Shown here piece by piece: positions 43,618 through 55,407 of a stretch of DNA of 64,000 nt. The stretch comes from an uncultured Verrucomicrobiae bacterium (GTDB lineage: Bacteria > Verrucomicrobiota > Verrucomicrobiia > Chthoniobacterales > UBA10450): assembly GCA_963772365.1 (NCBI GenBank), contig CAVYXA010000003.1:576001-640000 (forward strand), given 5' to 3'. The notes below the pieces were generated by a model, which ran no database searches, had not been told where the DNA came from, and saw nothing but the letters and a program-made list of their open reading frames with translations. Each line of letters starts with the position of its first letter. The first letter of the stretch is position 1. The position numbers and the translations under genes were made by a program.

Positions 43618-44355
43618 AACGAAGGCTCATCCCTTTCTTCTGCGTCGTCCTTGGAGCTGCGGTGGTTTCGTCCGCGCGAGCACAACCCGAGACCCAATTT
43701 GCAAAAGCGAAGCAAGCGTATGCGCAGGGCCATTTCAAAGAGGCGATCGAAAGTTATGAAGAGATAGTCCGCTCGGGAAAATTCAGCGCAAACCTGTTCT
43801 ATGACCTTGGGAACGCTGTACTTTCGAACCGGAGGATTTGGCCGCGCCATCTTGAATTACGAGCGTGCGCTGGCTCTGGATCGACAACATCCGGAAAGCC
43901 GGGCGAATTTGCAGATCGTGCAGGATGAAGCGGGAGCTTTGGAAATGCAGCCCGACTGGATCGATCGCCAGCTTCATTTTGCCAGCGTCGAGCAACTGAG
44001 CATCACGGCGGCGGTTTCGATTTGGATAGGAATTTTTTGCATCGCGGTCAGGATGCTGGCGAGACGTCGGCGGGCCGGCATGATGGCGATGTCGATCTTG
44101 TCGTTGGTGATTTCCGTATTGGCGGCCTTTGCCATTTACAGGATCGAGAGCGGCAGGCGCGGAATGGCGATTGTCATCAGCCAAAAAGTCGAAGCGCGAC
44201 TGGCAACGGCCGACAACGCCGGCAGCGTCCTTGCTTTGCCGGCGGGAAGTGAAATCAAGATTCTGAGCCGGCGCGGTGATTGGATTTACACGGAACTTCC
44301 GAATAATCTGCGTGGCTGGATTCCCGCGAGCGATGCGGAGCAGATCCGCCTGTAA
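43614..44355 (+). CDS. batE: BatE-like TPR + SH3 protein; frameshift near 43815
   Basis: YDLGN / GRAILNYERAL TPR, two TMs, LPAGSEIKILSRRGDWIY..RGWIP SH3b-like end. Confidence 0.8.
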
Positions 44356-44420
44356 ATCGCAGCAGTCGATCTCAGTTGCACGCGTTTGCCACAGATGCGC
44401 GGTGCCGGTAGAGAAATTGT

Positions 44421-45839
44421 ATGAACGCCGAGATGCAGGCGGCCACCGATCGGAAGGCGATCCAGATTAACCTCGATCCGGCCAAGTACGGGACCTTCGC
44501 GGAGATTGGCGCGGGTCAGGAGGTGGCGCGACGTTTTTTCCACGTGGGCGGAGCAGCGGGAACCGTGGCCAAGACGATGTCGGCCTACGACATGACCTTC
44601 AGCGATGCAATTTATGGTCCAGCCGATCGATATGTGAGCCGCGTCCGGTTGAGGACGATGCTCGATCATGAGTACAAACTGTTGATTGAACGGCTAGGCG
44701 CAAAGTACGGCGATGAACGCACGTTTTTCGCTTTTGCCGATACAGTTGCTGCGCGCAGTTTCAAACATCTCAACGAATCGCATGGCTGGCTGGGTGTCCG
44801 GTTTCAATCCGAACCGCGTAGTGAACCGAGCGAGGTGATCGCTCATGTGCGAATGCTCGATCGAGAGAATGTCGATCAGCAGGAAGCGCTTGGCATCATC
44901 GGGGTGAATCTGGTTTACGGCGCGTTCTACCATCGACAACCCGAGCGCCTGATCTCATCCCTTCCGGAGAATCTCGCCCCGGGTCGCATTCAGGTAGACA
45001 TGATCAAGTTTTCCGGGCCAGCCTTCGAGGGTGTGGACAATCGATTGATGAGTTTGCAGCTGGTCAGTCAGGGATTGACCGACGCAGTGATGTTCACAGC
45101 CGATGGCGAAACCGTGCAACCGGCTGAAGTCTTTTACAAAAAAGCCATTCTGGTCGAGCGCGGCAGCTTTCCGGCCGGTGACCTACGCCACCAACGACAT
45201 GCTCGATGGAGCGCGCCGAATGTTTCTCAAGCAATCAAATTGTGCTGAGAAGGAGCTGGTGGTGCTCATGGAAATGACTCTGGAAAATTTGCTGGCCGAA
45301 GGCCAGCTCAATCATGCCGATTTTCTAGCGCGCGTGGATATTTTGGGCGCGCTGGGGCGGACCGTGCTGATATCGAAATTCGGCGAGTATTATCGGCTGG
45401 CGGGCTATCTCTCGCGTTACACGAACCGCATGATCGGCCTCGTCATGGGTGTTCCGAGTTTGATGGAGATTTTCGACGAGAAATATTATCTCAACCTGGA
45501 AGGCGGGATACTGGAAGCGCTGGGACGTATGTTTAAAGGCGGATTGAAACTCTTCGTATATCCGATGATCGACGATAAGACAGGCGACATCGTTACCGCT
45601 AAGCAGTTGAAAGTCGCGCCGAATCTGCGGGCTTTGTTTCATTACTTGATCGACAATCGCTACATCGAAGAAATCGTCGATTATCTCCCCAAAGTATCTG
45701 CGGATTCATCCGCCCGAGGCCCTGGCAAAACTACAGTCAGGCGACAGTTCGTGGGAGCAAATGGTCCCGCCAGAGGTCGCCCAAATTATCAGGAAGCGGC
45801 GATTTTTTTGGATATCGGTCGCCGGTACGGCCTCATTAG
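44421..45839 (+). CDS. Conserved protein with a nucleotidyltransferase-like C-terminal half; several frameshifts
   Basis: YGTFAEIGAGQEVAR.FF.VGGAAGTVAKTMSAYDM.FSDAIYG, ERGSFRPVT, WEQMVPPEVA; assembled from ORFs 44421, 45103 and 45761. Confidence 0.7.
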
Positions 45840-45930
45840 CAGTCCAAGTGCTTGTTTCGGCGGGAGCTACGACCTGTTCGCCACAAAAAGAGAGTGTCGG
45901 CACGATTTCCGCTACAGTGACTCCCGCACC

Positions 45931-47026
45931 ATGGCTAAACGCGCAGATTCTGTCATCGGCATCGACTTGGGCAAGCATGTATTCAAGGCTGTCACAATCC
46001 GGCGCAAGAGCGATTCGTGTCTGATTTTGACAAGTTTTGCCTCGCGGCAAGTGCCAGAGATATTTAGCCAGCGCCGAAGATTTGGGTCAGCGAATTGAAG
46101 CTCCTGCTTCGCGATGTCGGCAATGGCGCAAAAGCGTGTGCAATCGCGATTTCGGATCCGGGTGCGCTGATTCGCATTATCGAGCAGCCCGAAACGCCCA
46201 TTAACCTGCTTCGCAATGCTCTTCCGCTTTAATGGCCTGGCGGTGTTGAACCAGGAGTGCAAGGAGTTTGTTCTCGACGTGGCGCCTGTGCATGCGCGCC
46301 TGGCAAGACGAGCGATACTGGGAGAATGGTGGGAGCGGACGAAGGATCGACAGCATTCGCAGTGCAAACCCAAGTAGGGATCACAACCAAGTATCTCGTC
46401 GGAGGGGATCTGCGGGAGACCGTTAAGCAAGTCTCGGAAGCCGTGAGCAAGACGCGCGATCTCAGCCGGAAATTATCCAGCTCGCGCCTGTCTGCTCTTT
46501 CAATGCGTTTGAATTCGCTTACCCCGAAATTTTCAACCACGAGCCGTTTCTGCTTCTCGACATGGGGCATTTGCAGAGCACCGTGCTGGTGGGAAACAAA
46601 GGTGAGCTTGTGCTTGTGCGCAGCATTGATTACGGCGGGAAAGACTTGACCGAAGCGATGACAGCCGAGAAGGTCGGTCCAGTAAGATGCAGCCTGGGCG
46701 ATGATTCATCAGCAGGACGAAGACGATGATGGAGATTTGCCGAAATTCACTGGCGCGATCTGGCGGTGGAAGTGCGGAATTCCATTGGCTTTTTCGAGGG
46801 CCAACGAGAAGAAAGCATCAGCCGAATTTTTGTTTCCGGAGGTCTGGCCCGAGTAGGAAGCCATCTTGCAGACCTTGAGCGACGAGCTGGGTTTGCCATG
46901 CGAGATCTGGGATCCGTTGGAGACATGCGAGGTGGTGTTGCCGCGGAAAAACGACAGGCATTGCCGGACCAGTTTGTTTCTCTCAATGTCGCCTGCGGGG
47001 CGGCTTTCGAATATCTCAGAAATTAG
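45931..47026 (+). CDS. pilM: PilM-like actin-fold protein; heavily frameshifted
   Basis: VIGIDLGKHVFKAV, LLDMGHLQST, RSIDYGG, EVRNSIGFFEGQREESISRIFVSGGLA, LSDELGLPCEIWDPL in successive frames. Confidence 0.7.
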
Positions 47027-47032
47027 CGATCG

Positions 47033-47969
47033 ATGGCATTACAACTCAACCTCCTGCACGAGGAGATTCTGCAAGAACGACAGCGCCAGCGCGATCCATT
47101 AAAGATCGGAATTTTTGTGTTGATCTGCCGCGGCTGGGTTGCTCGTTCTCTACTACACATGGACCGCGTATCGCACACTGGAAACGAAGAGCCGGCTCGC
47201 CTCCTTCAATCGCGAGTGGGCCAAAGTTGAGCCCGAAGTTACCGCTGCGCAAAGGCGAACCCAAGAATCCGAACGATGTCATCAAAACTACCACATGTTT
47301 TGGATAAACTACATCGACAATCGGTTTTTTTGGGGGCCGTTTTTGGGGAAGTTTCGGCCGGATGCGTCGCTCCGAACACACAATTGATCAATGACGCGGC
47401 ACGGTTTGACGGAAAACAAAGTGGATTCAGATGACGATCGAGGGCTCGCTGCGGGTAAAGAACCCCGATCGGTGGCGGAGGATTTTCGTCAGATGCTGAT
47501 CGAACAGCTCACTCGCAATTCGCTGGGCATCGACGTGGCAGGGACAGCATCGGAGGGTAGCGAACTCTGAAAAAGAGCCCGTAGTGGTCGATGGAGTCGT
47601 CCTCGATCGCCCGGCAGCGGAAGCGGGACTAAAAAAAGGCGACGTGATTCGTAAGTTCGACGGACATGAGGTGAAAAATTTAGTCGATCTTCTCGGCCTG
47701 GTTCGGCAGAGTCGGAGCTGGACAAAAATCATTCCGCTCGAGATGTTACGGAATCGAAGTCCGTTGCGGGTAAGGGCGCAAATCAACGAATGGCAGCCTG
47801 ACTACTCTGACGTAACGGTCGAATTCAAATCGCTGGAGGACGTGGATCAGATCGTGATGGTCGCGGGGCACACACCTGGCCATGGCGCATTACACACTAA
47901 AGATCGAAACTAAAGCCAAACTTCGCCAGACCGACATGGCCCCGGCCACGGCGGGACCAGAAAAAATGA
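47033..47969 (+). CDS. PilN-like membrane-anchored protein containing a PDZ domain; frameshifted
   Basis: LQLNLL N-terminal motif, TM, coiled coil, then VVVDGVVLDRPAAEAGLKKGDVIRKFDGHEV. Confidence 0.55.
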
Positions 47970-48545
47970 ACAAGCATTTCAAAACTCTCAAAAGATGATA
48001 TCCAAAAGCTCGCGCTCAGCTTATCGGCCTGCTGTTTCTCCTTTACGTCTATTTCACTTTCTTTCTCGGCCCGTTAAACCGAAGTCGTCAAAGTGCGTTG
48101 GCCGAGATCAAGAATCACAATCGAAACTGATAATTCGGCGGGAGGAAATCAGCAAGGTGGCGGAGCTGGAACAAGCCGGCAAAAAACTCAGCGACACGCT
48201 TTGCCACGTTGAAGCGATTCAGCCCGAAGGAGCGCCTTCGCGTGGTTTCCTCCCCGAATAAAAACATTTTTTGCCAACCAGGGCATCGACAAAGCTGTCG
48301 ACTCGCCTCGAAACAGTGCCCAGTCCCTTGGCCGAGGCGGAGCTTTCCGGTTGGGCAAAATACAATTGGATCGATCGAACTTCCCCAAACCGACTATGCG
48401 GCGCTCGGGCGAGCCATGGCTGAACTGGAGAACACCGAGCCGCTGCTTACCGATCAGAAAGATCAATATCAGCATCAATCAGGAAAACCCGCAGTTTCAG
48501 AAAGTCGAGTTATCTGCAACGAACATCATCGCGGAGAAAAGATGA
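47966..48545 (+). CDS. PilO-like protein; heavily frameshifted
   Basis: ATGA overlaps at both ends, TM, TDYAALGRAMAELENTEPLL motif; position in cluster. Confidence 0.45.
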
Positions 48546-48944
48546 AAAGATACATATCTCTTATTATCACCATTTTCGTTCCGCTTGTTTGCGTGCTGGC
48601 CAATCAACCCGCCACTATTGAGCTTAAAAATAAGTCGAGCTTCAAAATGCCCGGCGATCGAAACCCATTTTGGCCGATCGGGTGGAAACCTGCCGGAACC
48701 GCCGAGCTCGGAGATCAAGCTGCCTCAGATATTCCATCCTACGCCTTGCGTGGTTAGCTCAATTACCATCGAAAACAAAGGTCGCTTTGCCATCATCAAC
48801 GGCAAGATCATTCAAGAAGGCCAGCAGTTTGGGTTGCAAATGGGAAGCTCGACTTATCAACTCACCTTGAAGTCAATCGAGGATGGTCGCGTTATTCTCC
48901 GCCGACACGATCACGATATCGTGGTTCCATTGCGCCGAAAGTAA
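48542..48944 (+). CDS. PilP/GspB-like periplasmic protein; frameshift near 48745
   Basis: Signal peptide, DRNPFWP, then VSSI...FAIINGKIIQEG...LKSIEDGRVIL. Confidence 0.6.
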
Positions 48945-51000
48945 TCCGGCGTCTAAGAGCTAACGGCGGCTCGGCAGTACCGACCGGCACAAAATCCGTC
49001 TCTCGTAACGTCAGCGGCTCGCTTCCACGAAGCAGTTGCCACCACTGCACGGCCGAACCGAGAACGATTAGAAATACAAGCACAAGGAAAAATCCGGCGA
49101 CTACTGCATCAAACCGCCACACACCGGCCTGTCGGACCATGGCAGCAGCCCGGTTTGGATCGACAATTCCTGCAGCCTGGTCCAAAAGCGATTGCGCGCC
49201 ACTCAGAAAGCCGAGCTTGGGATCGGCTGAGGAAATTTTGATATAGCCAGTGGAAAAGGTAACTGCGCACATGAAGATGAGCGGTAGAACCGTGATGAAT
49301 GCATAGCGGCTCTTTTGCATCTTGATCAGGATTGTGGTGCAGAGACAAAGAGCGACGACGGATAGCAGTTGATTCGCCAGACCGAACAGCGGCCAAAGCG
49401 TGTTGATACCGCCGAGTGGATCGACCACGCCTTGATACAGGAACCAACCCCAGGCCGCGACCAGAATCGCGCTGGTCAGTGAATTCGATGTCCAGGATTG
49501 CGTATTACCAAGGGGACGCCAAAGATTGCCTAGCAAGTCCTGAAGCAGAAACCGTCCGACACGGGTCCCCGCATCGAGTGTGGTCAAAATGAACAGCGCT
49601 TCAAACATGATGGCGAAGTGATACCACAACGCCAGTGCCGTCGGACTGGACGAGACGCGGGCAAACATATGCGCCATTCCAACCGCGAAAGTAGGGGCTC
49701 CGCCCGCGCGATTAAACATCGTGTCCTCGCCGAGCTGATGCGCCAGATCGGTCATTTGTTGTTCCGTGACCGGGAAACCATGCGCAGTGACACGAGCGAC
49801 CACTTCCGCGGGAGCGCCCTTTGAATTGATCGCAAAATACTCGCCTGGAACCAGCACACATGCGGCGATCATCGCCATCAGCGCAACCATCATCTCGGTA
49901 ACCATTGCTCCATATCCGATGTCTCGGATCCGCGATTCGCGCCCGAGCATTTTCGGTGTTGTGCCTGATGCGATGAGGGAATGGAATCCTGAGACTGCTC
50001 CACAGGCGATCGTGATGCAGACAAAAGGAAAAACCGGTCCGGCAAAAACCAGTCCCGTACCATCGACAAATTTTGTGATCGCGGGCATTTGCAAGGTGGG
50101 ATGGATCAGAATGACTGCAATAGCGAGCGCGGCGACAGTTCCCAGTTTCAGAAATGTGCTCAAATAATCGCGAGGCGTGAGCAGCATCCAAACCGGTAGG
50201 ATCGATGCCGCCAGGCCGTAACCCATCATGGCCCAGGCGAGCCAGATCGCATCACGACGAAACCAGCTTTCGATCATCGGAAAGTGTCCGAGAAATTGCC
50301 CACCCCAAACTCCAAAGGCCAACCCGAGCAAACCGAAAATCGTTATCGCTGTCACGCTCACTTTGCCACTTCGCAATCCGGCACCCATGATGAGCGCGAC
50401 CGGGATTGTCGTCGCGATTGTGAATACGCCCCATGGACTCTTGGCCAGCGCTTGCACGACAACGAGCGCGAGCACAGCCAAAAGAATAATCATGATCGCG
50501 AGCACGCTGATCAGCGCGAGAATGCCGACACTCGGTCCGATCTCTTCCTTCACCATTTGGCCAAGCGTTTTTCCGCCGCGTCGGACTGAAGCGAAAAGGA
50601 TAATCATATCGTGGACCGCGCCGCCGAGTGTTGCGCCGATCAATATCCAGAGGGTGCCTGGGAGAAATCCAAATTGTGCCGCCAGCACGGGGCCGACCAA
50701 TGGCCCCGGTCCGGCAATCGCGGCAAAATGATGTCCAAACACCATCCATCGATTCGTAGGCACGAAATCTTTGCCGTCGTTTCTCACAACCGCAGGCGTT
50801 GCGCGTTCGTCGTTGAGAACGAGCACCTTTGTCGCAAGCCACTTGCTGTAAAAGCGGTAGCTAATCGCCGCCGCGCATAATCCGGCCACAACAATCCACA
50901 ATGCGCTGATCTGTTCTCCGCGTGACAGCGCCAAAATAGCGACTGCCGCCAGGCCCAAAAGAGTAACGAGAATCCAAAGCAACTTCTTCCACGTGCTCAT
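48892..51000 (-). CDS. cstA: Carbon starvation protein A (peptide/pyruvate transporter)
   Basis: FGHHFAAIAGPGPLVGPVLAAQFG, PRDYLS, ITIACGAVSGFHSLIASGTT, TTLDAGTRVGRF. Confidence 0.96.
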   Translation of the reverse strand: MSTWKKLLWILVTLLGLAAVAILALSRGEQISALWIVVAGLCAAAISYRFYSKWLATKVLVLNDERATPAVVRNDGKDFVPTNRWMVFGHHFAAIAGPGPLVGPVLAAQFGFLPGTLWILIGATLGGAVHDMIILFASVRRGGKTLGQMVKEEIGPSVGILALISVLAIMIILLAVLALVVVQALAKSPWGVFTIATTIPVALIMGAGLRSGKVSVTAITIFGLLGLAFGVWGGQFLGHFPMIESWFRRDAIWLAWAMMGYGLAASILPVWMLLTPRDYLSTFLKLGTVAALAIAVILIHPTLQMPAITKFVDGTGLVFAGPVFPFVCITIACGAVSGFHSLIASGTTPKMLGRESRIRDIGYGAMVTEMMVALMAMIAACVLVPGEYFAINSKGAPAEVVARVTAHGFPVTEQQMTDLAHQLGEDTMFNRAGGAPTFAVGMAHMFARVSSSPTALALWYHFAIMFEALFILTTLDAGTRVGRFLLQDLLGNLWRPLGNTQSWTSNSLTSAILVAAWGWFLYQGVVDPLGGINTLWPLFGLANQLLSVVALCLCTTILIKMQKSRYAFITVLPLIFMCAVTFSTGYIKISSADPKLGFLSGAQSLLDQAAGIVDPNRAAAMVRQAGVWRFDAVVAGFFLVLVFLIVLGSAVQWWQLLRGSEPLTLRETDFVPVGTAEPPLALRRRITFGAMEPRYRDRVGGE

Positions 51001-51184
51001 TCGGGCCTCAGTTTAATTGAATTTGCGATCCAACGCCAGAACATGCGATGTATTCGAAGTGAGATTCAGCGACAAGCTCAGGAAAATTTTGAATGGACAG
51101 GGCTGGACCAGTGCCCGGCTTCATACCCGAAGACTCATTCATCAGTCACGTTTTCCACTCCGGACAAATCGCATTATAGAATCG

Positions 51185-51799
51185 ATGGATCGCGAACGGC
51201 TCGAACAGATCCGGCGCCGTTATGCTGTGGAGGGACGAACGCCGGGCTGGCCGAAATATCTTCATTTGAATCGTTGGATCGACATCAACGTCCGTCGTAT
51301 TCGGGAGCTCGAGATCGATCTTTCTCCCCCCATACGCATCCTCGATCTCGGGTGCGGCGCTGGATATTTTCTCTATATCTGTCGATTGCTTGGCCATGAT
51401 GTGCTCGGGCTGGATTTGGGAGACGTGCCGATGTTCTCTGAGATCACCAAGTTGCTCGGGGTTAAACGTGTCATCTCCCGGATCGACCGATTCGTTCCGC
51501 TTCCCGACATGGGAGAGAAGTTCGATTTGATCACAGGGTTTCTGATTTGTTTCAACGAGCACAAAAGAGCGGATCTCTGGGGAGTGACGGAATGGGACTT
51601 CTTTCTTGATGATCTGGCCAAACATCTCACTCCGACTGGCCAGGTCTGGCTGGAATTGAACCGTGAATATGACGGATCTTTTTACACGCCGGAACTCAGG
51701 GAGTTCTTTTTGAAACGTGGGGCAACGATCGCTGAGCGCAAAATCAGGTTTAGCTCAGGCCTTTGCGCGCTTGCTTCAGCTTTGCCAATTGCTCGGTAA
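51185..51799 (+). CDS. Class I SAM-dependent methyltransferase
   Basis: ILDLGCGAGYF, LGLD, FDLI, HLTPTG. Confidence 0.85.
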   Translation: MDRERLEQIRRRYAVEGRTPGWPKYLHLNRWIDINVRRIRELEIDLSPPIRILDLGCGAGYFLYICRLLGHDVLGLDLGDVPMFSEITKLLGVKRVISRIDRFVPLPDMGEKFDLITGFLICFNEHKRADLWGVTEWDFFLDDLAKHLTPTGQVWLELNREYDGSFYTPELREFFLKRGATIAERKIRFSSGLCALASALPIAR

Positions 51800-54372
51800 A
51801 ATTGCTCTGCCGTTGTCGATGTTCCTCAACAACGTTCGCGGGTGCGCGGTCCACGAACGATTTGTTAGCCAATTTCGTTTCCACAGCCTGAAGTTCCGCT
51901 TCAACTCGCGCGATCTCTTTATCGAGCCGATCGCGCTCGACTGCCCGATCCGAATCGCTGATGCAGAGGAAAAGATCGCCCAGCGTTGTCATGGCAACTG
52001 GCAGGCCGATTCCGGATTGAAATTGTCGATCTAATTTTACTTCCTCGGCGTTGAGCAATCGCGCAAGAGTTGGCAGTTCTGCCGAGATGTTCTCGTTTTC
52101 CGAGCGCAAAACGAATCGCGCCTTTTTGTTCGACGGAATTTTTGCTTCCGCCCGCAAGTTTCGGCCCGCCTGCACCGCGTCGTAGATGGCGCCGACGAGC
52201 TTTCGCTTTTCAGCAAGATCGACATCTTGCAATGCGATTTTTCCAGGCAGCGGCGCGAACTGAATCGACTCGGTCCCGAAGCCGAGCAACGACCAGAGCT
52301 CTTCGGTGATGTGCGGCATGAATGGATGCAGCAGGCGAACCACCGCTGACAAAACGTGATCCATCACCGCCAGAGTCGATTTCTTCCGCGTTTCCTCGTG
52401 GCCGAAAATGTCTGTCTTGGCGGATTCGACGAACCAATCGCAATAATCGCTCCAGACAAAATCGTATAATCGTTGCGCGACTGTATTGAATTGATATTCG
52501 CGGTACGCCGTCTCGATCGCCTCGATCGTTTCATTCAACCGCGCCAGCACCTCGACCGCGTAGATCGACAAGAGCTTTAATTCGATCTGAAGCACATTTT
52601 CGCTTGGCCCCTGCATTTGGCGGAACCGGGCGACATTCCACAATTTGGTGGCAAAATTGCGACCTTCCTCGATCTGTTTTTCATCGAATCGAATGTCCTG
52701 CCCGCTCGGTGCGATTCGCATCAAACCGAAACGCAAACCGTCCGCACCGTATTTGTCGATCAAGTCTAATGGGTCCGGCGAATTGCCCAGCGATTTCGAC
52801 ATCTTTCGCCCCTGTGTGTCGCGAATTAGTCCGGTAAAGAACACATTGTGGAACGGGATGTTATCCTCGACGCGATCCGATTTTCCCGGCTTGAACTCAA
52901 GCCCCGCAATAATCATCCGCGCGACCCAGAAGAAAATAATATCAGGGGCGGTGACGAGAACGCTGATCGGATAAAATTTTCTCCTGGTTTCTTCATTCAT
53001 CGTCTCATAAGCCCAGAGCCAGGACGAAAACCAGGTGTCGAGTGTATCTTCGTCTTGTGTCCAGTCCTCCGGATCCGATGGCGGTTCAACGCCAACGTAG
53101 ATTTCGGATTTTTTTGTACCACGCTGGTATGCGATGTCCCCACCACACCTGCCGGCTGATGCACCAATCACGAATATTTTCCAGCCATTGGGCGTAAACC
53201 TTTTCCCAGTGAGCGGGAAAGAAACGGATCAGATGATCGCGAACGACAGCGAGTGCTTCTTTCGTCTTTGGATAACGCAGAAACCATTGTTCGCTCAGGC
53301 GCGGCTCAATTGGGACATCGCTGCGATCGCTGAATCCCACGTTGTTCTCGTACGGCTCGGCTTTCGCGAGCAGATCGCGCTCGTTCAATAGGTCGCCAGC
53401 TTTTTTGCGCGCCTCAAAGCGATCGAGTCCGTGCAATTCGGGAACGCTCGGGCAATCGATTCGTCCATCGGGCGTCAGAACATCGACAATCGGCAAGTTG
53501 TGCCGCTGGCCGATTTCAAAATCCACAGTGTCATGCGCGGGCGTGACCTTTAAAACTCCAGTGCCGAATTCGGGATCGATCGCCTGGTCCGTGATGATCG
53601 GAATCTTTTCGCGAGCCAGTGGCCGCCAGGCGTGTTTGCCCGCAAGATCGACATAACGCTTGTCCCCAGGATGAAAGGCCATTGCCACGTCAGCCATGAT
53701 CGTCTCGGGCCGTGTCGTAGCGACTTCAAGAAAGCGTCCCGGTTTTTCGACAATTTCGTAGCGCACATAGTATAAATTTCCCTTCTGTGGCTTGGAAACG
53801 ACTTCTTCGTCAGAAACCGCCGTCTGCGCTGCGGGATCCCAGTTGATCATTCGCTTCCCGCGATAGATCAGCCCCTTGTTGTAAAGATCGACAAAAACCT
53901 TCTGGACGGCGCGAATGTAAGGCTCGTCAAACGTGTAACGCTGGCGCGACCAGTCGCACGAACAACCGAGTCGCTTGAGCTGTTCAATGATGATGCCGCC
54001 ATGTTTATCCTGCCATTCCAAAACCCGGCGCAGGAATTCTTCGCGACCAAGATCATGCCTCGTTTTCTTTTCCGTTCGTCGAAGAAATTTTTCTACCGCG
54101 GTCTGCGTCCCGATACCGGCGTGGTCCATTCCTGGCAGCCAGAGAACTTCGAATCCCTGCATCCGGGCGCGCCGCGCCAGGATGTCCTGGATTGTATTGT
54201 TGAGAACGTGACCGAGGGTGAGAACGCCCGTGATGTTCGGAGGCGGAATCACGATCGAAAACGCAGGCTTGCTCGAATTTGGATTGGCTACAAAGTCGCG
54301 ATTGTCGATCCAACGAGCGTACCATTTCGGTTCCACGCTTTTCGGATCGTAGGTTTTCGAAAGCTCAGCCAT
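51750..54372 (-). CDS. valS: Valine--tRNA ligase; one extra base in an A7 run near 53112
   Basis: PPPNITGVLTLGH, TTRPET, DWCISRQVWWGHRIP, LDTWFSS, KMSKS, C-terminal coiled coil. Confidence 0.96.
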
Positions 54373-54514
54373 CGCGCTTCAATCATCCAAAGGCTGTACC
54401 GGTTTGCAACCAAAGGTGAAACGCGATCTTCGAGCGCGTTGGCAAGCAGAGCGTCGAAGACGCCTAACTTTGGACAGGCAGATCAACAAATGGCGCCTTT
54501 GGCGATTCAATTGA

Positions 54515-54540
54515 GATCGTCTCGCCGCGGCGAGACGATC
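54515..54540. repeat. Perfect 26-bp palindrome between divergent valS and murI
   Basis: GATCGTCTCGCCGCGGCGAGACGATC equals its own reverse complement. Confidence 0.9.
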
Positions 54541-54585
54541 CACCCACTTGCGTTGCGCTCGCTTCACAATCAACTTGCCCGCTAC

Positions 54586-55407
54586 ATGAGCGATTCGCGG
54601 CCTATTGGAGTTTTTGACTCCGGCATTGGCGGTCTCACCGTGGCCAGAGCGCTGTGTAAGTTGTTGCCGAAGGAGACAATTTTTTACCTTGGCGATACGG
54701 CGCGAGTTCCCTACGGCAACAAGAGTGCCGAAACCGTTGAACGCTATAGCCTCGAACTGGCCGAGATGCTGATGCAGGAGAACGCGAAGATGATCGTCGT
54801 CGCCTGCAATACGGTCTCGTCGGTTGCGATCCCGAAATTACGCGCCAGCGTTTCCGTTCCGGTGATGGGCGTGATTGAGCCGGGAGCGCACGCAGCCATT
54901 GCTACTACGCGGAATCGCCATGTGGGGGTAATCGGAACACGCGCGACGATTCGCAGCGGCGCCTACGAGAACGCGTTGCGCGCGCTCAACATTCATGTGC
55001 GCGTCACGAGCCGGGCGTGTCCGTTACTCGTACCGTTGATTGAGGAAGGAATGCTGGATGATGAGCTGACCGATCAAACGATTGCGCGTTATCTCCAGCC
55101 GATGATTGACGAGGGGATCGACACCCTTGTGCTGGGCTGCACCCACTATCCATTGCTGGGCAAAGCGATCACCCGTTTCCTGGGCGATAAAGTTTCGCTG
55201 GTCGATTCGGCGCAAAATTGCGCGAATGCCGTACGCGATTTGTTGGATCGACAATCACTTCACGCCCCGGGACAAAGCGAAGGTGGTTTGCGTGTCGCCC
55301 TCACCGATGCGCCGGACACCTTTCTCGGCATTGCCCGTGATGCATTGCAACTCGACATCGGCAAGGTGCAATTGCGTGACGTCTTGCAGGATAGAGTCGC
55401 GCTGTAG
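54586..55407 (+). CDS. murI: Glutamate racemase
   Basis: IGVFDSGIGGLTV, DTARVPYG, VACNT, LGCTHYP. Confidence 0.97.
   Translation: MSDSRPIGVFDSGIGGLTVARALCKLLPKETIFYLGDTARVPYGNKSAETVERYSLELAEMLMQENAKMIVVACNTVSSVAIPKLRASVSVPVMGVIEPGAHAAIATTRNRHVGVIGTRATIRSGAYENALRALNIHVRVTSRACPLLVPLIEEGMLDDELTDQTIARYLQPMIDEGIDTLVLGCTHYPLLGKAITRFLGDKVSLVDSAQNCANAVRDLLDRQSLHAPGQSEGGLRVALTDAPDTFLGIARDALQLDIGKVQLRDVLQDRVAL

Noticed and set aside
45931..48944. True pseudogenisation of the pil cluster
   Set aside because: Cannot be separated from local sequencing error; start/stop overlaps and motifs are preserved
53100..53125. Programmed frameshift in valS at an A7 run
   Set aside because: One extra base in a homopolymer, in a sequence with many indels, is more simply a sequencing error
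54001..54585. 195-aa N-terminal extension of MurI
   Set aside because: It overlaps valS antisense; homology starts at the ATG at 54586
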